From Planctomycetota bacterium (GTDB lineage Bacteria > Planctomycetota > B15-G4 > SIAN01), in the NCBI GenBank assembly GCA_031409275.1, contig JANNXA010000051.1, positions 128,001 through 192,000 on the forward strand: a DNA stretch of 64,000 nt, written 5' to 3'. Below the pieces are notes generated by a model. That model had not been told where the DNA came from. It saw nothing but the letters and a program-made list of their open reading frames with translations, and searched no databases. Positions 1-13,905 of this stretch are shown one piece after another; position 1 is the stretch's first letter; each line of letters opens with the position of its first letter. Both the position numbers and the translations under genes were made by a program.

Positions 1-1
1 C

Positions 2-397
2 GGCTTCACCGAGGCGCGCATCGGCTTCGTCGCCGCCATCGTCGCGCGCTTCCTCGTCGAACGGGCCGGCCCGCGCGCCGCGCGCGAACTGCTGTTGAGC
101 GGCCGCCGTTTCGAAGCGCTCGAAGCGCAGGCGCTCGGCATCGTCGATGAACTCGCGCCGGCCGCCGACGTCGTCGAGCGCGCCGTGGCGTGGCTCGCCT
201 CCTTGCGCAGAAGCTCCCGCTCCTCGATCGCGGCGACCAGGCTGCTGCTGGCGGAGCTGCCCGGCCGTGGCGTCGATGCGGCGCTCGAGTGGGCGGCCGA
301 CCTGAATGCGCGCACGCGCGCGACCGACGACTGTCGCGAAGGGGTCGCCTCCGTCCTCGAGAAGCGCGCGCCGCGCTGGTGGCCGCCCACCCCGTGA
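2..397 (+). CDS. Enoyl-CoA hydratase/isomerase family protein (methylglutaconyl-CoA hydratase-like), 5'-truncated by the window edge
   Basis: Frame 2 reads GFTEARIGFVAAIVARFLVERAGPRAARELLLSGRRFEALEAQALGIVDE...DCREGVASVLEKRAPRW, a typical crotonase C-terminal half; stop TGA at 395-397. Confidence 0.85.
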   Translation, partial: GFTEARIGFVAAIVARFLVERAGPRAARELLLSGRRFEALEAQALGIVDELAPAADVVERAVAWLASLRRSSRSSIAATRLLLAELPGRGVDAALEWAADLNARTRATDDCREGVASVLEKRAPRWWPPTP

Positions 398-1815
398 ACC
401 CGTCGCGAGCCCGCGTGCTGGTCGCCGGCACGCTGCTGGCCGGCGCCTGCACGGCGCTCGCGTGGCTGCCGTCGCTCGCTGCGCCAACCGGCGCGCGAGT
501 CGCGGCGCTGGCCGCACTGGCGGCGGCGCCGTTCCTCGCGCTGGCGACCCTGGTCTCGCAGCGGAGCACGCGAGCGGCGACCACGGTCTCGCCGCTGCTG
601 CTGATCGGCGGCGCGCTGCTGATGCGACTGCTGGTCGTCGCCGCGCCTCCTTGGCTCTCCGATGACCTGTGGCGCTACCTCTTCGAAGGACGCGTGCAAC
701 GGGCCGGCTTCTCGCCGTACGTCCATGCGCCAGACGACCCCGCGCTCGCCGCGCTTCGCGATGACCTGCAGGCGCGCGTCGCCTACCGCGACATTCCGGC
801 GGTCTATCCACCGGCGGCCCAGTTGCTGTTTCGCTGGCTGCCAGCGTCGCCGCTGGCGTGGAAGTGCTTCGTCGCGCTGCTCGACGTCGCGTTCATCGCG
901 TGGATGGTGCGACGGCTGGCGCGCCACGGCGACGCCTCGCGGGTGCTCCTCTACGCGTGGAACCCCCTGGTGGTGATCGAGGGCGCGGCAAGCGGCCATC
1001 TCGACGCGGTGGCGTGGATCGCGACGCTGCTGGCCGTGCATGCCGCCGAACCGCTGGCGCGGCGCGCCGGCGCGCGCAGCCGCGAGCTGGCGATCGGCGC
1101 GGCCGCCGCGATCGCGGGAATGGTGAAGCCGCAGGGATTCGTGGCCGTGCTGGCACTGCTGCGACCTCGGCGCGACCTCGCGCTGATCGGCGCGGCTCTG
1201 ACGAGTCTCCTGTTGTGGCTGCCGTTCGCCGGCGATGGGCTCGCGCTGTTCGACGGCGTGCGCCGCTACGCGCACGACTGGGAGTTCAACGCGCTGTGCT
1301 ACCCATCGCTGGTGCGCGGCGCCGAAGCGCTGAAGGAGTGGCTCGAAGCGCTGCCGACGCAGCCGTTGTCGCTGTGGCGCGTGCGCGAACTCGGCTACGA
1401 GATCATCCCGAACCAGCTGGCGCGCAAGCTCGCCACCCTGCTGTTCCTGTTGCTGGTCGTGCTGCTGTTGCGTCGCTGGCGCGGACGTCCCGTGGCGCTC
1501 GCCTTCTTCGTCGTGACCGCGTTCGTCGCGACGACCCCGGTCGCCCATCCGTGGTACGTCGCCTGGCTCGCCGCCTTCCTGCCGTTCCTGCCCCCCACCT
1601 GCGGCCGCTTCGCCTTGCTGCTCACGACCACGACCCTGTTCGCGCATGTCGTGCCCGCCGAACGCCTCGCGACCGGCATGTGGCGTGAGCCGCCATGGGT
1701 CTCGCTCGTGACGTGGCTGCCGCCCTGCGCGCTGTTCGCCCTCGATTCATGGCGCGGCCACTTCCTCGCTGTTTCAGTGCAGCCGGCGTCGAAGGAGTCG
1801 ATCACTCGATCGTGA
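394..1815 (+). CDS. Polytopic GT-C glycosyltransferase (GT87/DUF2029-like mannosyltransferase)
   Basis: GTG overlaps the upstream stop (GTGA); motifs LSDDLWRYLFEGRV..GFSPY, YPP, YAWNPLVVIE, GHLD, WEFN, HPWY; many TM segments. Confidence 0.75.
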   Translation: MNPSRARVLVAGTLLAGACTALAWLPSLAAPTGARVAALAALAAAPFLALATLVSQRSTRAATTVSPLLLIGGALLMRLLVVAAPPWLSDDLWRYLFEGRVQRAGFSPYVHAPDDPALAALRDDLQARVAYRDIPAVYPPAAQLLFRWLPASPLAWKCFVALLDVAFIAWMVRRLARHGDASRVLLYAWNPLVVIEGAASGHLDAVAWIATLLAVHAAEPLARRAGARSRELAIGAAAAIAGMVKPQGFVAVLALLRPRRDLALIGAALTSLLLWLPFAGDGLALFDGVRRYAHDWEFNALCYPSLVRGAEALKEWLEALPTQPLSLWRVRELGYEIIPNQLARKLATLLFLLLVVLLLRRWRGRPVALAFFVVTAFVATTPVAHPWYVAWLAAFLPFLPPTCGRFALLLTTTTLFAHVVPAERLATGMWREPPWVSLVTWLPPCALFALDSWRGHFLAVSVQPASKESITRS

Positions 1816-3682
1816 CGAGCACGGCGTTGGTGAAGCAGCCGGGCGCGCGGCGCCGCTTCGCGGCCGCCTGTACCAGGAACTCGAGGCCCGCCAAGGCCGG
1901 ATCGTCGGCAAGCGGCTGGATCAGCACGAAGTCCTCGCTCGGTGCCGGCAGCAGCGCGAACGGCACGAACGGGTCGATGCGCAGCTGGTAGCGGAGCGGC
2001 GGCAGCGTCAGCGAGACCTCGGGCGGCACGCCGAAGAAGGCCAGCACCATCTCGCCCGGCTCGACGAGGAACCGCAAGGCGACGTCGCTGCCGATCCTCG
2101 CGGTCGGCGAGGTCATCAGCGCCGGCGCTCGCGCGAAGGCGTCCGCTTGCGCGACGCTGCCGAACGACGTGGTCACGACGATCTCGAGGGGGCCCGGCGC
2201 ACCGGCCGGGACCTCGCAGGTCGCGGTGAAGTCATCGAGCACCACCAACGCGTCGACCGCGATCCCGCCGCAGGTCACCGACAGCGGCCCGGCCTGGAAG
2301 TGGCGGCCTCGCAACGTGACCGTCGTCGCAACATCGCGCCGCCCGCGGGATGGCGTCACGGAGTCGAGCCTGGGCGTTCGGTCGACGCGCCAGTTCGAAC
2401 TCACCGCGGCAACGCGCCCCGAGCGGGTGCCGTTGGCGCCGCTCATCGGCGCGCCGCTCGCGTAGTCGGCGGTGCCGCTTGCATCGAGGTCGCCGACCGC
2501 GGCGAGCGCCGAGCCGAAGCGCTCGCCGGCCGCGGCGCCGAGCGTCGCGAACAGCTCGCTGCCGTCGGCGCCGGAGCGCACGGTCACCTTGCCCGCCGCT
2601 GCGCCCGCGCCGTCGTGGCCCCACGCGCCGGCCGCGAACTCCTCGCGGCCATCGCCATCGACGTCGCCAAGCCCGGCTACCGCGGAACCGAGCAGGTCGC
2701 CGGCCGCGTCGCCGAAGAGGCTGAAGAGGCGCGTTCCGTCGATCGCGTGCAGAGTGATGCGCCCCGCGTTGACGCCGCCGCCGTCATTCCACGGCGCGCC
2801 GACGAGGAGCTCGCCGCGCCCATCGCCATCGAAGTCGGCGGTCGCGGAGAGCGCGTAGCCGAAACGATCGCCGGCCGCGTCGCCATCGATGCGAGCGATC
2901 TCGCGGCCGTCGCGACCGGAGCAGACGTAGATGCGACCGCGGTCGAGCCCGGAGCGATCGTGGCGATCGGCGGCGATGGCAAGCTCGACGGCGCCATCGC
3001 CGTCGACGTCGGGCAGTACCGCCAGTGCGGCCCCGAACCAGTCACCGGTCGCCTCGCCGATCCGGGTGTAGAGCGTGGCGCCACTCGCCGAGTTCACCAC
3101 GTTGACGCGCCCGCGATCGACCCCCTGGCCGCTCGCGCGCGGCGCGCCGATCGCCAGTTCGACGTGGCCGTCACCGTCGAGATCGCCCATCGACGCGACT
3201 GCCCAGCCGAAGCGCTCGCCCGCAACTCCCACCAGGGGCGCAAGCGCGTGGCCGTCGGCGCCGGAATAGAGCGCGACGCAGCCGCTGCGCGCGCCATTGC
3301 CACCGGTGTGCTCGGGCGCCCCGACGAAGTAGTCGCTGCGGCCATCGCCATCGACATCGCCGGCGCGACCGAGCGTGAAGCCGAACGCGTCGCCGGCGGC
3401 GGAGCCGCGCCAGGTTGCGAGCAGACCACCGTCGACGCCGGAGCAGAGGTAGGCGCTCCCGGCGTCCGGCGCCGCGGCGTCGTTGCGATAGGCGCCGATC
3501 AGCACGTCATCGTGGCCGTCGCCGTCGAAGTCACCGGCCGCTGCGACCGCGCTGCCCGACTCATCGAGCGGCGCCTCGCCCGCCCGCGTCCAGGCGATCT
3601 GCTGTGCCTTGAGCGGCGTGAGTGCGCCACCGGCGAACAGCAGCGCCCAGACCATGCGCTGCCGCGAGTTCGAGACGATCAT
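1802..3682 (-). CDS. Secreted FG-GAP (integrin alpha-like beta-propeller) repeat protein with C-terminal IPT/TIG domain
   Basis: Signal peptide; about 7 repeats of FG...GD(F/V/L)DGDG..D..(I/V)GAP; then P.L.SVTP.RG....T.VTLRG..F (IPT/TIG). Confidence 0.85.
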   Translation of the reverse strand: MIVSNSRQRMVWALLFAGGALTPLKAQQIAWTRAGEAPLDESGSAVAAAGDFDGDGHDDVLIGAYRNDAAAPDAGSAYLCSGVDGGLLATWRGSAAGDAFGFTLGRAGDVDGDGRSDYFVGAPEHTGGNGARSGCVALYSGADGHALAPLVGVAGERFGWAVASMGDLDGDGHVELAIGAPRASGQGVDRGRVNVVNSASGATLYTRIGEATGDWFGAALAVLPDVDGDGAVELAIAADRHDRSGLDRGRIYVCSGRDGREIARIDGDAAGDRFGYALSATADFDGDGRGELLVGAPWNDGGGVNAGRITLHAIDGTRLFSLFGDAAGDLLGSAVAGLGDVDGDGREEFAAGAWGHDGAGAAAGKVTVRSGADGSELFATLGAAAGERFGSALAAVGDLDASGTADYASGAPMSGANGTRSGRVAAVSSNWRVDRTPRLDSVTPSRGRRDVATTVTLRGRHFQAGPLSVTCGGIAVDALVVLDDFTATCEVPAGAPGPLEIVVTTSFGSVAQADAFARAPALMTSPTARIGSDVALRFLVEPGEMVLAFFGVPPEVSLTLPPLRYQLRIDPFVPFALLPAPSEDFVLIQPLADDPALAGLEFLVQAAAKRRRAPGCFTNAVLVTIE

Positions 3683-3864
3683 GAGCGTGGCTCTCCGGCC
3701 CGCTCCCCAGCGTCGCCATTCCCTTGCCGCCGGACTCTTCGGTCGCGTTCCATGGCTGCTGAAGCGACGGCGGACGGGAGTTCGTTTCCATCGCAACGAA
3801 GCGCGCGGCGGCCGGCACCGAGGCCAACCGCCGCGCGCGATCGATTCCTTGCGACTCGCTTCGA

Positions 3865-4869
3865 TCAGGAAGCGTTGATCGTGTCGAGCAGTTCCTTCAG
3901 GCGCGGGTTGATCTCGAGGCCGAGCTCGGAGACCTTCTTCGCGTACTTCTTCGCCACCTCGGAGTTCTTCAGGAACTGGAAGTTCCAGAAGGCCGCGTTG
4001 ACGTAGAGCTGCATCGCGATCTCCTTGTCCTTCATCGGCCCCAGCGCATCGAGATCGTCGATCTTCTTCGCCGCCGCCTTCAGCTCCTCTTCGCTGCCGA
4101 TCGAGCCGGTTTCGGCGAGGACGACCTGCTCGAGCAGCCCGTTCTCGTTCTTCGGATCGAGCTCGCGCGCCGCAGTCACGACGTCGGCAGCGATATCGCC
4201 AGCGTGCAGGAGCGCCTTCACCGCCTTCAGCTTGCGGCCGGCCTTGTTCTCGGCATCGAGCGTCAACGCGAGCCGCGCGATGACCGAGAACTTCGCGGCA
4301 GCGGGCGCGTCGCCGTCGAGAGCGGCGAGCTTCTCGATCGCCTCGTCGAGCAGCTTCTCCTTCTCGGCGCCGGTGGCCGCAGCGAACTTCGCCTCGAACG
4401 CCTTTGCGTCAGCGAGCGCCGCCTTGCCGCTGGTCCGCATCTCGGTGATGTGCGTGACGTACGGCGCTGCTCCGCCTTCGCGGTAGCCGGATCGGCCGAA
4501 GACCTCGCCTTCGGGCGTCATCAGCAGGACCGTCGGGTAGCCGCTGATCTTGTACTGCTTGGCGAGCTCCGCGTTGCGATCGGGGTTCGGGACCTTGGCC
4601 TTCGCCTCGTCGCCTTGCGGGTAGTCGAGCGCGACCAGCACGAACTGATCGCTGACGCCCTTCAGGAACTCCTCATGGGAGAAGACCTCTTCGTGCAGCT
4701 TGATGCACCAGCCACACCAATCGGAGCCGGTGAAGTCGACGAAGAGATCCTTGCCGGACTCCTTGGCGAGCTTGGCGGCCGCATCCCAGTCGGCAACCCA
4801 CGAGTCGGAACGATGCGTCGCCGGACTGGCGAACGCGGTAGCGGCGGTAAGGAAGAGGTGAGCGAGCAT
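3865..4869 (-). CDS. Exported thioredoxin-family protein with helical C-terminal domain
   Basis: Signal peptide MLAHLFLTAATAFA; DFTGSDWCGWC CxxC motif; cis-Pro loop ISGYPTV. Confidence 0.85.
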   Translation of the reverse strand: MLAHLFLTAATAFASPATHRSDSWVADWDAAAKLAKESGKDLFVDFTGSDWCGWCIKLHEEVFSHEEFLKGVSDQFVLVALDYPQGDEAKAKVPNPDRNAELAKQYKISGYPTVLLMTPEGEVFGRSGYREGGAAPYVTHITEMRTSGKAALADAKAFEAKFAAATGAEKEKLLDEAIEKLAALDGDAPAAAKFSVIARLALTLDAENKAGRKLKAVKALLHAGDIAADVVTAARELDPKNENGLLEQVVLAETGSIGSEEELKAAAKKIDDLDALGPMKDKEIAMQLYVNAAFWNFQFLKNSEVAKKYAKKVSELGLEINPRLKELLDTINAS

Positions 4870-4992
4870 GTCCGAGGGACGTCCTTTCGTTCCAGAAGAA
4901 GCGCTTCCGCCATCGCTGGCGCTAGCCGACGACGACACGGAAGTGCGGGGTGCGGCAGCCCGCCGCACGAATCGATACGACGGGGCGAGAGC

Positions 4993-6213
4993 TTAGTGCC
5001 GGAGTTCGCCGCGCAGAACGTCGGCGAGTCGGACGTACTGCTCGCGCCGGTTGTAGAGCTGCGCCGAGATGCGCAGGAGGCGCTTCTGGGGCGTCGGCCA
5101 CAGCGGCAGCGGCACCTCGATCCGATGGTGGTCGAACAGGCGCACCTGCAGCGGATCGAGGCCCATCGGAGGCGCTCCCGGGCGCTCCTGATCGGGCAAC
5201 GGCACCGCGGCGAGCGATCCGACCATCGATTCGGGGCAGGGTGCCGGTATGCCGAGCGCCGCCAGAAGGAGCGCCCGCCCCTCCATCGCCAACGCATGGT
5301 TGCGGCGGCGGATCTCCGTGAAACCGCCCGGCACTAGCCCTTCGAGGAAGGCGATCGCTTGCGGGATCACCAGCCATGGAGTCGGATCGAAGGTGCCGGG
5401 CCAGTCGAATTCGAGCCGGAAGCGCGAGCGATCCCGCCGCTGCGAGTTGGCGCCGTGGCTGATGGCCAGCGGACGGATCCGCGCCTGCCGATCGCGGCGC
5501 ACATGCAGCAGCGCCGATCCCTTCGGGGTGCACATCCACTTGTGGCAGTTGCCGGTGTAGTAGGCGGCGCCAAGCGCATCGAGCGCGAGCGGCAGCTGAC
5601 CGGGTCCATGCGCGCCATCGACGAGCGTGTCGACGCCGCGCGCCGACAGTTCGGCGACGAGGCGCTCCATCGGGAAGATCACGCCGGTCGGACTGCTGAC
5701 ATGGTCGAGCAGCGCGAGGCGCGTGCGCGCAGTGACCTGCGCAACGACGCGCTCGACCACTTCGTCGGCACTTCCGATCGGGAACGGGACGCGCGCGACG
5801 ACCACCGTCGCGCCGTGCTGGCGCGCGACGAAGTCGAGCGCGTTGCGACTGGCGTTGTACTCCTGATCGGTGGTCAACAGCTCGTCGCCGGCAGCGAAGG
5901 TCAGGCTGCGCAGCACCGTGTTGACGCCCGCGGTCGCGTTGGCCACGAACGCAAGGTCCTCGCTCTGCGCGCCGACGAAGCGTGCCAGCGCTTCGCGCGC
6001 CGTGTCGAGATGCGTTTCGAGCTCGCGATGGAGGAAGCGGACCGGGCCCGCTTCGAGGCGGCGCTGCCATTGGTGCTGCGCGGCCAGGACGGCGTCGGGG
6101 CACGCACCAAAGGAGCCGTGGTTCAGGAAGTCGATGGCCGGATCGAGCGACCAGTGGCGGGACAGCTCGTTCACAGCAGCTCCAATCGCGGGCAGCGAAG
6201 ATAGAAACGCCAT
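4993..6213 (-). CDS. Class V PLP-dependent aminotransferase (isopenicillin N epimerase / cysteine lyase-like)
   Basis: FLNHGSFGACP, DHVSSPTG, VDGAHGPG, GNCHKW (PLP lysine), WPGTFD. Confidence 0.85.
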   Translation of the reverse strand: MAFLSSLPAIGAAVNELSRHWSLDPAIDFLNHGSFGACPDAVLAAQHQWQRRLEAGPVRFLHRELETHLDTAREALARFVGAQSEDLAFVANATAGVNTVLRSLTFAAGDELLTTDQEYNASRNALDFVARQHGATVVVARVPFPIGSADEVVERVVAQVTARTRLALLDHVSSPTGVIFPMERLVAELSARGVDTLVDGAHGPGQLPLALDALGAAYYTGNCHKWMCTPKGSALLHVRRDRQARIRPLAISHGANSQRRDRSRFRLEFDWPGTFDPTPWLVIPQAIAFLEGLVPGGFTEIRRRNHALAMEGRALLLAALGIPAPCPESMVGSLAAVPLPDQERPGAPPMGLDPLQVRLFDHHRIEVPLPLWPTPQKRLLRISAQLYNRREQYVRLADVLRGELRH

Positions 6214-6287
6214 CCCGGAATCGACCGGCGACGCGGGGGCGCGAGGCTAGCAACCCCGCGCGCGCCTGCCGCCACGAGGAGCCGACA

Positions 6288-8027
6288 ACGGCCGCACGCG
6301 TCCCCCACCGACTCGCGATCGCCGCGCTGCTGGCATTCGCGGCGCTGCTGCGGCTGCACGGGCTGACCTTCGGACTGCCCTATCCGTTCGCAGCGATCGA
6401 TGAACATCTGGTCACGGACCACGCGATCGCCTTCACCAGCGGCGACTTGAACCCGCATTACTTCGCCTACCCCGCCGGCTCCTTCCTCCTGCATGCGGGC
6501 GCCTACCTCGTGGCGTGGCTCTTCTCGCCGCAGCCGACGCTCGCGGAATTCCGCGCCCACTTCTGGGTCGCGCCACAATCGCTGATCCTCGTGAGTCGCT
6601 GCGTGACGTTGGCGACCGCGCTGCTGGCCGTCTGGGGCTGCGGGCGGCTCGCGGCCGAGTTCGCGCGACAGGTCGGCGCGCGCGCCACGCGACGGCCGGC
6701 CGCCTGGATCGCGACCGCGGCCGTCGCCGCCTCGCTCCTGCACGTCGCGAATTCGCGCTGGACCACCGTCGACGCCCCACTCGTCGCGGCGGCGACGCTT
6801 GGCATGGTGCTGGCGTTGCGCCATCGACGACGCGGCGGATGGGGCAGCGCCGCCGGCAGCGCGCTCGCGATCGGGATCGCGGCTTCGTTCAAGTACTACG
6901 GCGCCCTCTTCGCCAGCGCGCTCGCCCTCGCCGTCGTGCTGCGCGCGTGCGACGAGCGGGCCACCTCGCCGCGCTGCGCCCGTTGGCGGAGCAGCGCCGC
7001 GCGCCTTGCGGCGGCCGGCTTGCTGACGGCGGCGACCTTCCTCGCCGCGGCTCCCTACACGCTGCTCGACTTCACGACCTTCCAGTCCGACTTCGCCACG
7101 TTGCGCACGCACATGGAAGGCGGCCATTTCGGACACGATCCCACTCGGTCGGGCGCGGCCGTCTACGCCGCTCACCTCCTGTCCCCGCAGGTCGGACCGT
7201 GGTTGCTGATCGCGGCGGCGCTTGGCGGGCTGCTGGCGCTGCGTCAACGGACGGGGCGCGCCGCGCTCGCCATCGTCGTCGTCCCGGCGCTGCTCCATTT
7301 CGCCCTGATCGCGCAGTTCCGCGCCCAACCCGTCGACTATCTGCTGGCGCTGCTGCCGACGCTCGCGGCAGGTGCCGGAGTCGCCGCCGCCGGTGCGGCC
7401 GCGTGGGTGGCTTTGCGAACGGGGCGTCGCACCGCGCTGGTGGCGTTGCTGGCGCTCGCCACTCCCTTGCTCGCGGGCGCGACCGCCGCGTGGCAGCAGG
7501 GCAACGCCTTGTCGCGTCCCGACAGCCGCGTGGTGATGCGGCAGTGGATCGAGGCGAACCTGGCGCCGGGCACCCTGATCGCCGCCGATACCTGGCTCGA
7601 CCTGCCGCTGACCGTCGAGTGCCTCGAGCAGATGCGCGCCGCGAAAGCCAGCGGCGATGCGATTCCGCAACGGCGCGCCCGCGATGAGCCGCTCGAAGCG
7701 CTGGATGCCAAGCTCGCCGCCGCACGCGGCGACGCCGGGCGACGCGCCTTCGACTTCGCCTACCTCTCGCCCATCGAGATCGGGCTGCGCGATGAGCTCT
7801 TCGCGCTGCTCGGCGAACACGGCGGGCGTTGGCTCGTACTCGACGGCAGTCGCGCCAATCGCGCGGCCCGCAGCGGCCCGGCGCTCGCGGAGTTGACCGA
7901 GTGGTATCGACGCCACCTCGACGGGCCGCAGGTCGTCCTTCGGATCGACGCCGCCGACGGCAAGTCGAGCGGTCCGCCGCTGGCGCTGCTCGACCTCACG
8001 CTGCCGCTCGCTCCCGCAACGCGCTGA
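6288..8027 (+). CDS. GT-C glycosyltransferase (GT39/PMT_2, ArnT-like); start codon uncertain, ACG proposed
   Basis: First TM then GLP...IDE motif, LNPHYFAYP, TVDAP, ASFKY; about 11 TM segments; GAGGAG 6 nt before an in-frame ACG. Confidence 0.75.
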   Translation, partial: TAARVPHRLAIAALLAFAALLRLHGLTFGLPYPFAAIDEHLVTDHAIAFTSGDLNPHYFAYPAGSFLLHAGAYLVAWLFSPQPTLAEFRAHFWVAPQSLILVSRCVTLATALLAVWGCGRLAAEFARQVGARATRRPAAWIATAAVAASLLHVANSRWTTVDAPLVAAATLGMVLALRHRRRGGWGSAAGSALAIGIAASFKYYGALFASALALAVVLRACDERATSPRCARWRSSAARLAAAGLLTAATFLAAAPYTLLDFTTFQSDFATLRTHMEGGHFGHDPTRSGAAVYAAHLLSPQVGPWLLIAAALGGLLALRQRTGRAALAIVVVPALLHFALIAQFRAQPVDYLLALLPTLAAGAGVAAAGAAAWVALRTGRRTALVALLALATPLLAGATAAWQQGNALSRPDSRVVMRQWIEANLAPGTLIAADTWLDLPLTVECLEQMRAAKASGDAIPQRRARDEPLEALDAKLAAARGDAGRRAFDFAYLSPIEIGLRDELFALLGEHGGRWLVLDGSRANRAARSGPALAELTEWYRRHLDGPQVVLRIDAADGKSSGPPLALLDLTLPLAPATR

Positions 8028-8046
8028 GGCGGCGCCGCATGCTCGA

Positions 8047-9555
8047 TCAGGGCGTGGCGCGCGCCGCGAGGTCGGGGGCCGCGACGCGACGGAAGCTGCG
8101 GCCCGAGAAGAGCGATCCGAGGCCGACGTAGAAGAAGCCTGCCGCGAAGAGGGTCATGAAGAAGACCACCATCCAGACCTGGTGGATCACTCCGACCCAG
8201 ACGATCGCGAGCATGTAGCAACCGAAGGCTAGCTCGACGAACGGCATCAGCCCCGCAAGGCTCTTGTAACGGCGCTTGGGCGCGACCGTGTGACGCTGCT
8301 GATCGGTGACGTCGTACTTCGGCGTCCGCACGAACGGCGTCTCGTACGAGCAGAGCGCCTCGATCACGGCGCGCGCATTGTTCACCGCCAGGCCGATGCC
8401 CAGAGCGAGCACCGCCGGCAGGAACTTGAGCCCGCGCCGCCAATGCGGGTCGATCTCGCGCTGCGCCGCCGTGTAGAACGAAAGCACGGACGCCGTCGCG
8501 AGCACGAACACCGACCAGTCGAAGAGCGAGCTGCGCAGCCGATCGGGCTCGGCGAGGCGGGCGATCAGCGCCGGCAACATCAACAGGCACATCGCGAGCA
8601 TCAGCAGGTAGCTCAGGTTCGCGGTGAGGTGGAACGTCGCCTCGCTCTTCACCTTGAACGGGAGGTCGCTCTTCCACACCGCCGGCAGCACCTTGAGACC
8701 GGTCTGGATCGAGCCCTTGGCCCAGCGATGCTGTTGCGCCTTGAAGGCAGTCATCTCGACGGGCAACTCGCCCGGCGCGGTGAAGTCGCGCAAGTAGATG
8801 AACTTCCAGCCGTTCATCTGGGCGCGGTAGGAGAGGTCGAGGTCCTCGGTCAGCGTGTCGTGCTGCCAGCCACCCGCCGCTTCGATGGCCGTGCGCCGCC
8901 AGATGCCGCCGGTGCCGTTGAAGTTGAAGTGGCGCCCGGAGCGATTGCGCGCGGTGTGCTCGATGACGAAGTGCCCGTCGAGGAGCATCGACTGCAGCCG
9001 GGTGAGCACGCTGTAGTCGCGATTCAGGTGGCCCCAGCGCACCTGCACCATGCCGATCTTCGAATCGGTGAAGTAATCGACCGTGCGTTCGATCGTGTCC
9101 GGGACGGGCAGGAAGTCAGCGTCGAAGATGGCGATGAACTCGCCCTTCGCGGTGGCCATGCCGGCGGCGAGCGCTCCGGCTTTGAATCCGCGACGATCGA
9201 CGCGGTGGTGGTAGCTGATGTCGACGCCGCGCGCGCGCAGTTCGTCGACCTTGCGGCGCGCCAGCTGCTGCGTTTCGTCGGTCGAGTCGTCGAGGACCTG
9301 GATGTCGAGGCGATCCGCTGGCCAGCGCAGCTGCGCCACGGTCTCGAGCAGGCGCTCGACGACGGTCGCCTCGTTGAAGAGCGGCAACTGGACCGTCACC
9401 CTCGGCAAGACCGTGAAGCGCTCGGTCGGAGTCGGATTATCGCGTCGGTGGCGGTAGTAGAGGAACATCAGCGCATAGCGGTGCAGTCCGTAGACGGAGA
9501 GCAGCGCCAGCAACCCGAAGTAGACGATCAGTACGGTGTCGTGCCACGACTTCAT
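8047..9555 (-). CDS. GT2 processive glycosyltransferase (cellulose synthase-like / CslA-type)
   Basis: [29 protein letters not shown] (DxD), [15 protein letters not shown] (QxxRW); N- and C-terminal TM helices. Confidence 0.9.
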   Translation of the reverse strand: MKSWHDTVLIVYFGLLALLSVYGLHRYALMFLYYRHRRDNPTPTERFTVLPRVTVQLPLFNEATVVERLLETVAQLRWPADRLDIQVLDDSTDETQQLARRKVDELRARGVDISYHHRVDRRGFKAGALAAGMATAKGEFIAIFDADFLPVPDTIERTVDYFTDSKIGMVQVRWGHLNRDYSVLTRLQSMLLDGHFVIEHTARNRSGRHFNFNGTGGIWRRTAIEAAGGWQHDTLTEDLDLSYRAQMNGWKFIYLRDFTAPGELPVEMTAFKAQQHRWAKGSIQTGLKVLPAVWKSDLPFKVKSEATFHLTANLSYLLMLAMCLLMLPALIARLAEPDRLRSSLFDWSVFVLATASVLSFYTAAQREIDPHWRRGLKFLPAVLALGIGLAVNNARAVIEALCSYETPFVRTPKYDVTDQQRHTVAPKRRYKSLAGLMPFVELAFGCYMLAIVWVGVIHQVWMVVFFMTLFAAGFFYVGLGSLFSGRSFRRVAAPDLAARATP

Positions 9556-9681
9556 GCGAGACGATTCGCTCCATCCCCGCCCCTCTTGGGGCATCAGGCG
9601 CCGACGCCGGATGTCCGGCTCGTGGAAAACGCGGCATAGTAGCGCGCCCATTCCCCCGACGGAATCGAGCCGGTAACTCCC

Positions 9682-13810
<4,129 letters not shown>

Positions 13811-13905
13811 ACAGGAAAAAGGTGCCTGCCCGTGAGACTCGCTGGCGCCACCCCGGATCGCCGATACCTGATCCATCGTCGACTCAGGCGGGGGATGGTG
13901 CAGCG

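Noticed and set aside
1802..3682. Repetitive DNA suggesting an array
   Set aside because: These are protein-level FG-GAP repeats with degenerate codons, not CRISPR or other DNA repeats
4993..6213. Beta-lactam (cefD) or ergothioneine biosynthetic cluster
   Set aside because: No pcbAB/pcbC or egt genes nearby; the family is widespread as a stand-alone gene
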